DNA from: Phoronis australis
Lineage: Eukaryota; Animalia; Phoronida
DNA length: 47,069 nt
Direction: 5' to 3'
Assembly: GCA_002633005.1 (NCBI GenBank)
Contig: NMRA01000793.1
Location: 96,138 to 143,206 of the forward strand
Part shown: positions 12,772 through 23,919 of the stretch, one piece after another
Layout of the letters: every line of letters starts with the position of its first letter
Numbering within the stretch: position 1 is the first letter of the stretch
The notes under the pieces: model-generated
Database searches by the model: none
What the model was told of the DNA's origin: nothing
The model's input: only the letters and a program-made list of their open reading frames with translations
Program-made: the position numbers and the translations under genes

Positions 12772-15700
12772 GTAAGTATCGAAAAGATAAACAACATGAT
12801 TGTTTTCTCCATCATATTTTTGGAAAAAATCAGTGCTTGAAATGAGAATTGCTGCTTTTGATGAGTGACGGCTTGGATTGAATACCAAAATCAAAGGTAG
12901 ATAACTCAACGCCTTCGTGAGCTACCTATCTTCAAATACAGTAATTTTTTACAATGTACTTTCAATTGGAATCCGATTCAATTCTCGTCACGTGTTGCAC
13001 TCTACACGTTGTCAAAGTTGTGAACAGTTACTGCATGACTCCATTCATAATTAAAAAATCAGCGCTTGAGCACAACGTCACATTAATCTCCGACAAAAGG
13101 TTGACAAAAAATAGGCGATTAAATTTCGAGTAAACTGTGAAAATTCTTGCATGACATTTATATATGTTTGGCAAGTTTGAAAGAGTCTGAAAGGCTTCTG
13201 TCGAAGTCTGTCTTTTTATTTGTAAAACGTAGAAGAGGATTTTATCTTCGGCTCTGCTATAGTTTTTCAAGTGCATTGTACGACGGTTGTCAAGTCAGTT
13301 CCGAAATTCCATTTGAACAACTCGTAACCATTTATGTTAGCTAATGATTACACTTTTATGCCTTCTCCATTAAATTCGTCCAGAAAAATAGAGTTTGTGG
13401 TATATCGCTGATATTGCATGTTTGTGCAGTTGAGGTAAGCGACGTGGGTGATGTGATGTCTATCAAGTCGATGAAAGATGCCTTGAACATGTCTCATGTG
13501 CTAGCTTCATGTACATTCTGAGAGAGTAAATTTTTCGTTTTGTTTGAAATATCCCCGGGGAGCAGTCAAGTGTTTGACGGGTGTGTGCATTTGAAAAACC
13601 GGAATGCACATACCCTGCTAAAGATCAAAATTGGACAAAAGTCGATTATTTAATAGCCTAGTGTTTGCATTGGCTTGTTCACGCTTTCAGCGTAGAATTT
13701 TTAATAAGTAACCAGATACTATTGAGTACAAAATGGTTCTCTCGTAATGGTTGGCCCCCAATACATTGGTCCAAAGCCTTGATTTGTTCAATTATATGTA
13801 AGCGCAGAGTACTGTTGTTCCTGGGTTTTCTTCAATTTCATTCTCATTCTTATTCTTATTCTTATTCTTATTCTTCTTTTTATTCTTCTTCCGACCAACT
13901 TTGAGGCTTAATAGCTCCAAATTGGGTGCAAATACAGTCTTTAAATTCTGCATGCCACTTTTGACAGTACATAAATTTTGATTCATTGTAAAACCATATT
14001 CCATATTGCACCGGAAGAGGTCATTTGGTGCGAAGGTCATGTAGTTTTCAAAATGCTACTCCTTCTTCATTTTTAAAGCTTTCTTTTCAAATTCGGTGCA
14101 CAGGTATAAGTCAATAAGGCAATTAAGAAAAATATTTTTCTAAGTAATCGGGTCATCCAATCAGGTGAAATAGGTCAAAGGTCAATAAGTGCAAACAAAA
14201 TTTTTGTGCTAGACACTTCAAATTTACAGGTCTGATTGGAACAGATAATTTTGAGCTAGAGACTTCAAAATTACATATCTGTTTACTAATTGTGATTGAG
14301 ATTGAATTCTAAAGTTTCAGGTCATTTGGTGCACCCATGGGGTCATTAGGTGCATTTTTGTTCTGATACTTTGACCACTTCATTCATCTTGTATTCTGAA
14401 GTGCTTAAAGTAAAACATCTGTGATTATTAGCATTAACCACACTTTTAATCGAGTTAACAATTACTCCATCATCGGGGCTCATTATGCACCGGAAGAGGT
14501 CAATTAGTGAAAAGGTCATCAAAAAATTAATGTGTAATTTCTCCTACAATTTTAAAGAATTCCTTTTCATATTGGTAACTGGGTTGCTGTCAGTAACTTC
14601 GCATAATAATTCCAGTAATACGCACGCGCAGAGTCCGTTATTGTCAGGCCGTGACAATGTTTTTTCTAGTTCTTCTTATTCTTCTTCGGAACAACTTTGA
14701 GGCTTAATAACTCCAAATTGGGTGCAGGTACAGTCTTTAAATTCAGCATATAAGTTTTGACAGTACATAAATTTTGATTCGTTATATAATCATATTCCAT
14801 AATGCAACGGAAGAGGTCATTTGGTGCAAAGGTCATGTAATTTTCAAACTGCTACTCCTTTATTTTAAAAGCTATTCTTTTCAAATTTGGTACACAGGTA
14901 TAAGTCAATAAGGCAATTTGAAATATTACTTTTCTAAGTAATTGGGTCATCCAATCATGTTTGAAACAGGTCAAAGGTCATTAGGTGCAAACTAAAATTT
15001 TTAGCTAGACACTTCAAATTCACAGGTCTGATTGTCACAGGTAATTCAATTTGGAATCCAAAGTTTCAGGTCATTTAGTGCAAACATGGGATCATTAGGT
15101 GCATTTTTCTTCTTAAAATTTGACCTTTTCATTCACCAAGTATTCTGATGTGTCAACTGTTAGACAACTGTGATTCTCAGCATTAAACACATTTTCCTTG
15201 GGCTTTGCAATAATTGTCCTCAAGACACTTATAATGCACCGGATAGGGTCAATTAGTGCAAAGGACATCTAACGTTTAAAATGCTATATCCCTACATTTT
15301 TCAAGGAATTCTTTTCAAGTTCAGCACACTGGTGTAAGTCACCATGCCAGTCGAACGTCCTACTTTACTACGCAACAGGCATAACCAATCAGAAAAATAG
15401 GCCGAAGGTCATTAATGCAAACTAAAATTTTGAGCTAGAAACTTCAAAATTACATGTTTGTTTAGTAAATGTGATTGAGTTTAAATTCTAAATTATAATG
15501 TCATTTGGTGCACCCATGGGGTCATTAGGTGCATTTTTCATCTGAAAGTTTGACCAATTCATTCATGTTGTGTTCTAAAGTGATTAAAGTAAAACATTTG
15601 TGAGTCTTAGCATTAACCACACTTTTAATCGAGTTTACAATGATTTTTGACAGTATACAAATGTTGATTCGTTATATGATCATATTCCGTACTGCACCGA

Positions 15701-16141
15701 AAGGAGTCATTTGGTGCTAAGGTCATACAATTTTCAAAATGTTACTCCTACTTCAGTTTTAAAACTATCTTTTTCAAATTCAGTGCAATGGAATAAGTCA
15801 ACATGGCAATTAATAAAATTACTTTTCTAAGTAATCGAGTCGTCCAATCAGATAACACTGGTCAAAGGTCATTAGGTACAAACTAAAATTTTGAGCTAGA
15901 CACCTCAAATTAACATGTATAATTGGCACATATAATTCAATTCGAAATCTAAAGTTTCCGATCATTTAGTGCAACCATGGGATCATTAGGTGCATTTTTC
16001 TTCTAAAAATTTGTCCTTTTCATTCACCAATTATACTGATGTGTCAACAGTTAGACAACTGTGATTCTCTGCATTAAACACACATATCACAGACTTTACA
16101 ATCATTTCCCTAGAAAGGCTTATAATGCATCGCATAGGGCC

Positions 16142-17940
16142 AATAGGCCTTTTGCGAGTTTATAACAATAACGCGAGATTATGTGAGACTTAACTGTGAC
16201 GTCACGGGAAGTGGGCCAAAAGCTTGTCGTTTGGTCAATTGCCCAATACGGTAGCAGAGTGTATTCTGTTATTGTCTTCGAGTTTTTAGCCATTTAGTTC
16301 GAAAAATGTACAAAAAGCATTGCTGTTATGGCAAATGAACTTCAGATTCGCACTACAATACGTTCTATCGCGTTCTGTACTAATTTCGTCCCGTGTATTT
16401 TAAAGTGTACGCAACATGACTCTAGTACCTCAAAATAAATTTTATTATTATATCTTACTTGATTTCAGTGCCTTTAGTGCACAGCTCATAAAGAAACACG
16501 TAAACATTGAAAAAACAATAATTATGTACAACGTCATGGATTGAACCCAAGTCGTTCGGCACACTTTTCGGATCAGCATCCAAGCGTATAGAGTGAAGTG
16601 AAAGTAAAGTATATTTAGCGTCGAGAAGGTTTGTAGAGGGATGAAAAGATGTGTTTGCGGAGGCTGCAGCAACAGCAGTCAGACGGAGAACGTCTCGGTG
16701 TTCCGAAGGACGCCAAAGTTGCGCAGTAGTGGCATCGCTTCGTGCGCCGAACGAGAGTGTGGGACCTCAGCGTGGACAAAGCGATTCTGTCCGGAGCCAC
16801 TCTGTGTTCTGCCCTCTTTGAGGAGTCGTGTTTCGACTCCAATCGGAGGAGATGTTACGATGAAGGCCTGGTTCAATAAAAGACAATATTCACTATTCAG
16901 AAACATCGGCTCTTTATTCAGGATCGTCTGTTGGATGACTGGGTTGACTGGCCGAGCCCAAGGCCGCTTCTCTCGCGTGAGGATCCAGTTCGTAAGGCCT
17001 CAAAGTAGAAAAGTACGCAGCTGAAAACATATCAAACTCGTTCTCGCTTTCGTGCAACCCCATTTCGTCATCCTGGCCACCATTCTCGTACGTTTCTTCA
17101 TAGTATTTGTTCATTTCTTGCTCATAATCGTTGTCGCTTACAAATTCCCTACTCTCCGCCGTTGTTCANNNNNNNNNNNNNNNNNNNNNNNNNNNNNNNN
17201 NNNNNNNNNNNNNNNNNNNNNNNNNNNNNNNNNNNNNNNNNNNNNNNNNNNNNNNNNNNNNNNNNNNNNNNNNNNNNNNNNNNNNNNNNNNNNNNNNNNN
17301 NNNNNNNNNNNNNNNNNNNNNNNNNNNNNNNNNNNCTGGCGCGTGACACTTGCAAAATAGCATGAGAAACTATCAAGTGAAATTTGTAAGATTTGTGTCC
17401 CTTGGACTTTTTGTTCGTCAACAGGCGTGATTTCACGTAACTTCCTCAAAATGGCGGCTAGTGAGAGAAACTCGAGAGAACCGCGAGGTTTTCATTTCGA
17501 ATATGCTCAAGTTATTTGTAGACTAAATTGTGTCCAGAGTCAGGGTATGTGTTAATTATAACTTCATGTGCACATATGCATGTTTCATTAGATTTTATTC
17601 ACTGTATTTTGAAGTGAATATCTTTTTATGGGGATACACTATCGCCCCTGTATGCCTGTGCCTAACGCCTTTCAGGCCTAGAGCGGGTTAAGTTCCAATT
17701 TCAGTCCGTTCACAGCTTCGCACAACATAACAAGTTCACATTTTCTTCGTCCATTCACAGTTATTCCACGACCCATCTACCATATCTTAAGTTGTTTTAA
17801 CGTTTTAAGCGGAAAATTCACCATAAGAACTCCAGTAAGTTTTAGCGTGTGTAGCAAAGACTCGGGGCAAAACAAGAGCAATATGGCGGGTTTTGCCCCC
17901 TTTCCGGTGACGTCACAGTGACTAACGAGAAACTCGCAAG
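16142..17940. mobile_element. THAP-domain-bearing non-autonomous DNA transposon (possibly Kolobok-related) nested in the Helentron-like array
   Basis: It interrupts the host motif caat|agtgcaaaggtca. Inverted matches are ttgcgagttt/aaactcgcaa and actgtgacgtcacgggaagtgggccaaaa vs ttttgccccctttccggtgacgtcacagt. The right terminus appears clipped. Confidence 0.7.
16641..16880 (+). pseudogene. Frameshifted THAP (C2CH-type) DNA-binding domain
   Basis: MKRCVCGGCSNSSQTENVSV, then after a frameshift FPKDAKVAQ*WHRFVRRTRVW...ATLCSALFEESCF. This follows THAP order C-x4-C...FP...W...LCSxHF, with the His lost. Confidence 0.75.
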
Positions 17941-19692
17941 TGCAAAGGTCACCTAATGTTCAAATTGTTGTTTCACCTACATTTTTCAAGGAATTCTTTT
18001 CAATTTCAGCAGGCTGGTGCCAGCCAATATGTCAATCAATCACCCTACTTTACTAAGCAATAGGCCAATCCAACCAGACAAAATAGGTCAAAGGTCATTG
18101 AGTGCAAACTCATAGTTTGAGCTAGAGACTTCAAATTTGCTTGTTTAGTAAATGTGATTGAGTCTGAATTCTAAGGTTTCAGGTCAATTGGTGCAACCAT
18201 GGGGTCATTAGGTGGATTTTTCTTCTGAAAATTTGACCAATTAATTCATCTTACATTCTAAAATGTTTAAAGTAATACATCTGTAATTCTTAGCATTAGC
18301 CTCACTTTTCATAGAGTTTATACTCGTTTCTTCATCGGGACTCACAATGCACCGGAAGGGGTCAATTAGTGCAAAGGTCATCAAATAATCCACATGTAAT
18401 TCCTCCAACAGTTTTAAAGAATTCTTTTTCAAAATAGTAAATGGGTTGTTGTCAACAGCTTCACATAAAAATTCTAGTATTACGCATGCGCAGAGTCCAT
18501 TATTGTAATCTTTCTAGTTTGGATAAGAAGCGCACGCGGGAGTTTTCAGGCTTAATATCATCTTTTTTCATTTAAATTCACAAAAATGAAACTCAGAAGT
18601 TGGGAGGTCCACGGGGGCATTTTTCAAATCATCTAAAGCTATTTCCAGTCCAATTCTCTGCTGGGGATTTCGTTTGACTAAATTTAAAACTGACGGCCAA
18701 AGGCATCGGTTTCAACTGCGCAATTCATAAAAATTCGTTCTAATATTTAAATCTAAGAATGCTGAATAAAAAGTGTTAGACCAGTGTTGATTCATGTTTA
18801 AATTCATAATAAAGAATCACATTCATTAAGCTCAATACCACAAAAGTCATGTTAAACAGTTAGCGCACCAGAGAGGTCTGACGTTCGATTTACAGGATGT
18901 TTTTACTTTGTAAACTTGCGTACTCCAGCTCCCTGCTAAAATTGTTACCTAGCCAATGAAAAACGCCGTAACAGTTGTATTTCGCTGTACCAAGGCCCTC
19001 AGTGTGATCCCAGGGAACCAAGTAAAGATTTCAGAGCAAAAAATTGTCTACCTTTCCCCAGCGTTCTATGGTTACATGTGTATAATGGAAGCGAGGGCTC
19101 TTAAAATCGGACAACGAATTTTAATTTCCACTTTTCATGCAGAATTTTCCATTGAATAAACAATCTTCCTCCAAATTACAGAAATGTTACCTTACTTTCT
19201 TGTAAAATCAACCTTCACACTCCATCATTGGGCCTATCCCATGGGCTCAAAGACAGAAAACTGGCCGTCTCTTGCCAGTGCTGTCCACTTTGAATGGAGT
19301 GAGTTGAACTCAAGACTGAAAGCCAACGTAGCGTGGAGTATGTAAATGATGTTGAATTCCGAGTAACCCATTAAAATTTGGATACTGGGTGTTTCTACAA
19401 CTATTCATGTGAGTTTTATTTCAAAAAATACTTTTTCACGCGCGTTACTTTTTAACTTGATCATTCCACTCGGCTAAATCGCCGATCTAAAAACAAAATG
19501 ATGGACTTCTACCATGATCCTAATACATGTAGGATTGAATTGATTAAAATGACGCTGATGATTGATTTTTAGTCTAAATAGGATTGAATGCAGTAAAGAG
19601 GATTGAATTTACTGGTTTTTACATTTTCCATCCGTTGGAAATAAATAATTCTTCTTGACATGCGTGTTTTCATTAAGCAGGTGTGACCTATT

Positions 19693-19829
19693 CACAGCTG
19701 GTTAGCATACCCAGAACAGTAACGGTTACCTTTAATTCAGTGAGGTGTTATGTAATCACTACCCACAGCTGGTTATCATACCCAGAACAGTAACCTTTAA
19801 TTCTGTGAGGTGTTATGTAATCACTACCC
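19693..19829. repeat. Two-copy tandem repeat, period about 71 bp
   Basis: cacagctggttagcatacccagaacagtaac...gtgaggtgttatgtaatcactaccc begins at 19693 and again at 19764. Confidence 0.9.
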
Positions 19830-21625
19830 GCACCCACTGAACAAACATTTGCTTAGAGCTTGGGTTTTAGACTTGATTTAAATTGATTTTGAACTCCTTA
19901 GAAAACAGCCTGAAGCAACTAAGATTTGATCTTACTCAAGTGGAGTGATCGCATTCCAGTTAGTCACAATAAATCAGTTCTCATAGAGATTTTATGGAAG
20001 GTGGTCAATCTGGAAGTTCAGCTAGTGTGGTTAACATATTAGAAAGTTTTATTTGAAAAATGACTAACATGTATCAAATTTTTCATGTTAATCTCATGTA
20101 ATGGTGTATTTGTTGTCAAGTTGGCATTTCAGAATTTTCTGAAATTCAAACTACTGTAGTTCGCATTGTATTTTTGCGGTTTGCGGGCGTTATTGAATTT
20201 TGTCTCTCCTCATGACTGTTAGTGCTACTTGTATCTGATGTTGGAGTTTTAGTTGTCAGCATGTTACTTCTAACCAGTTATTTGTGTTCTTAAAGGGGAC
20301 TGTCACAGGTTTTTCATGATTATTTTTGTGGGCACACGGTTACAGCAAGGTAGCGACAGCAAGTTGATGGAGAGCAGCATAAAAACTAATACAGTCGTTG
20401 AGTTTCTACTGACAAACAAAGTTTATTAACTCTAACTACATTATAAATAGTCAACAGAAACACGTGTGGTTGTCAGTGCAAAACAACAACAATATTGAAA
20501 GATCCGTTGATTTCATCCAAATCATAAACATGAATGGAGTATGGACAGCTGTCCGGCATACGGGGTTTCAGAGTGGGCACTGGTCAGTGACATAGTAAAC
20601 AAAAACACGAGGATGTCCCGGAATTGTTGAATAACATAAACTGTTTTGTTGGGAGAGTTGCACGTTATAGGAAATTATGAAACTTGCACTTCATGAGAAT
20701 TCATGACAATTTTCATAAAAAATGTCAGACATGCATGACGATTTTCACCAACAAACCATTTCTTACCTCTGCCTTATCTGTCTCGGTAAGTTATGTCTTT
20801 CAAAAGGTAAACAAAAATTTTTTTCATGCAGTGAATACACTGACCCTATTGCTTTTCATTTTGAAATAGACATCCGCTCTGATGACCGTAATAGGCATTC
20901 AGAATACTTTTGTTCTAAATGTTATCATTCAGTATTGCCAGTGCTAAACGAAGACTAGTTCCGGATACTGCATTACAGAAACAACGGAATTTTGGACAGT
21001 GTAATGACAAACTGTGGGGAAAAATCAAGCAAACAAGCAATTGTCAGATTGCGAGATATGTCAACTTGTACAAAATTCAATGAAGGGTGGACGCCCAATG
21101 AAAAATAGAGCAAAACCTTTAAAGACATTTGAGTTACCCCAGGACAAAAGTGTCAACATATTCCAGAGCCTTTTTTCTTCTGCACATAACACTAAAATAA
21201 CTAATTTTGTCATTAGTGAAAAGTACTCCGAAATTGAAAAGTCCAATTTTACGTACAAACAGACATACGTTATGAAAATGTGAGTGCAGTTAGTTTAAAT
21301 TTTAGAACTATGCATATGACATTGCAGTTAAAGTGTACAAAATGTTTTGATGAATATGAGCATCAACATACAAACATTCATGATTGAGCCATCCCTGGGT
21401 TATCAAATGGCCAATTCCAAACAGTAGCACAATCCAACATGTCTGGGGCCCGGAATTTGACTGCCTCAGAAACGGAAATGGCAAATCGGTGATGATGTTG
21501 AAAGTCAAAACGAAAGGACAGGTATAAATGTGTTACAGTAGTACCATGTTTTAATTTGTTTTCGTTATATAACTATATTTGAATTATTATACAATAATTA
21601 GACTTCAGCATTATGCTTCTTTGAC

Positions 21626-22380
21626 CAGGGGCGTATCCAGAATTTTTAGTTAGGGAGGGGGGCAGGACAGAGTATTAGCCAGGATTTTACCCGTCAGACA
21701 TTCGCACTCCCGAACTGCCAAATGGAATGTGGGAGAATTTTAGTCCGCCACTGTTGACGAGCTTAAATTAAATGCCAACTATTTCACTTGCAGCCTATTT
21801 ATTTCACTAGTCACCAAACCGAGGAAATGATCATCCCTCTGTCTATCTTCTCTAAAGAAAAGAAGGGCACGTGAGATTGATTCTGGTCGCCAAATAATGG
21901 CAGGAGACAACGAAACATCCACACAAAAGGCTTCAGAGATGAACGCGTTGTCAAAAAACGCAAACGGCTATTTGTGAAAAAGTCGGCATAAGTGCGCAGT
22001 CAAAAAAAATCCGCAAGACTTGGACTTGCTATATACAATCATATGCCAACATTACTTGGAGCCAAAAAAGAAAAATCACGCAGATGCTGACAACAATTGG
22101 TATTGCGGAAGTTGCAGAAAAAAGTGTGAGAAAGGCTTGCCGAGTGATTTTGACGAAATTTCCAAGAGGTTTTGCCCATGTCATCACTCTGAGAGCAGTG
22201 TAGGATTTGTTTTCTCACATGAACCATAAAAACGATCTTTTTTGCCGAAAAACTCTACGTATCTAAAACTTTCAACCACATGACGCAACTTATGTAAAAA
22301 CAGGCTTGTGCAAGGTTAAGTAATTCAACTACTTTTTGTTAATAGTTTTATTTTATGCTTAACTATTGTAAATCGCATTC
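21626..22380. mobile_element. Probable nested insertion(s) within the RAG1-like relic, carrying a PHD-like fragment
   Basis: Starts with a MITE-like end caggggcgtatccagaa at 21626. Contains ...ADNNWYCGSCRKK at about 22080-22125. The right boundary is unclear. Confidence 0.4.
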
Positions 22381-23673
22381 AGGTGAAAACAGACATTTTG
22401 AGTTTCCGGACATCGAGAATCCCAACAGTGTAAATTGCGTGATTATAAAATCAGCTCCCTTTTTGAGTTGGAAGAAATATATTTGAACAAATATTATGAT
22501 CATAGCCTTTTATATTGGAATGGTGGCATGCCACATGATGAAATTTGAATTAAAATAGGAGGTTATAAAGGTGGAGGTAGTTTCAAACTTAGCTTTCAAA
22601 TTTGTTACACTAAACATCCTAATTCCAAGATAAAACTATTATAGTCTTTGCTTGTTTTGAAGCACTGGACTACATGTATTAAATTAATTTAGATTTAGCT
22701 TTGAGTTAGTATAAAAACCAAATTGAAGAATTGTCTAAACTCACATGGAAAAATAAACAAATTGTTGTTCATGGATTAGGGGATTGAGAATATATGTCAG
22801 AAGCTAATGAAATCGCAGGTGCCAGTGGAACATACACTTGTTTCCCTTGCATGACTGATCGGCACAGTTTACAAATTAAATTGCTATAAAGAGGTAATGG
22901 CCGTAGTCGATTAATTGCGCATCTGAAACATGATTATGAATGTTTTTGGAAGAGTCCAGGGGTAATAATTTAAAGCAAAGTCGATAGCATAATGTACATG
23001 TAGTGTATGAACTGATTTATTAAGTACCTCTGTACATGTATTGTTATTCCTTATTTACACATAACGTAAGGAGTGATCAAAAAGCATCATGATTTGCTTG
23101 AAATTGAGTGTCATGAAATTGATGAAGAGTTAGCGAGGAATAACACTAGAAAACAGCATATTCAGCAAAGACTAAATGAACTTAAAGCACAGTTAAAAGG
23201 GGAATATCCAAATGCAAATTTATCCTATGGAGAAGGTCATGTAACCAAACATTTTGATGTTGTACTAAAGCAACTTGGAACAGATAGACAAGCCTATCAC
23301 CGGTAAGTCATTCATTGGCAATTATTGCAGTATGTACATAACTGAATCTGTATACTCAGTGTTTTTCAATTCAACTGTGAACAAAACACAGACACTGACA
23401 ACAAACATGCGTATAATAACTACATAGCAGTGGCAATTATATTATTACATTTTCCAAACTGACCAAACTGTATTGCCGTGTTCATAAAAGCCTGTCACAT
23501 AGTAATTACATGTCGAATGAAGCAATAGACAATGCTCACTTGTCTATTTGAAAATACTTGAAATATTATAGATGTGCATTCTCTGATTCTCACATTTTTA
23601 TTTAAGCAGCACCTGTTGGAGGATTATGTTATACCATTTTAAGGGAAACCAGATTCGGGTTAGGACTGCTTGG

Positions 23674-23919
23674 CATGGGCACACCCAGGGGCTCGGGAAT
23701 TGGACAAAAGGCCCGCCTCGGGGAACAAAAACTCCGAGTAAACTAGACAAAAGTCCACGAAATCCACGGGAATTCAGCGCGGATGCACGGTTTGTGGGCC
23801 TGAACCTAGTGGCCCCGTTTTTTTAGTCCTTTAGTCCTCGTTGATTTTTTTCATTGAAAAGTGCACATATCGAAAAATTCGAGCCCCCCCCCTTATATTT
23901 TAGGCTGGGTGCGCGTATG
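23674..23919. mobile_element. 246-bp MITE with 5-bp TSD (hAT5-like) splitting the transposase GLLG|EQ motif
   Basis: TIRs catgggcacacccag / ctgggtgcgcgtatg. TSD CTTGG at 23669-23673 and 23920-23924. Removing it restores ggg tta gga ctg ctt gga gag caa (GLGLLGEQ). Confidence 0.9.

Larger units (their letters stand above)
13790..18517 (+). mobile_element. Tandem non-autonomous Helitron/Helentron-like (HINE-type) elements with internal satellite-like repeats
   Basis: 5' gcgcagagtactgttgttcc followed by (TTCTTA)n. Body built from reiterated ggtcaaaggtca and gggtcattaggtgc modules. 3' end is hairpin attgtca-ggccg-tgacaat plus CTAG-T at 14666-14670; a second unit ends in CTAG-T at 18514-18518. Confidence 0.7.

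Noticed and set aside
17914-17920. cacagtg here (also cactgtg near 40932 and 46895) as RSS heptamers
   Set aside because: I found no nonamer at 12 or 23 bp spacing. This copy is part of the THAP element's inverted repeat.
19835-19850. cactgaacaaa as a Chapaev3-like terminus of the RAG1-like element
   Set aside because: No convincing inverted partner downstream; the best candidate near 24945 needs a gap and has no TSD.
21960-22229. PHD-like fragment as a RAG2-like gene, making a ProtoRAG pair
   Set aside because: It is on the same strand and inside the transposase, ends in a canonical CxxC, and has no kelch repeats. ProtoRAG-type RAG2L is a separate convergent gene.
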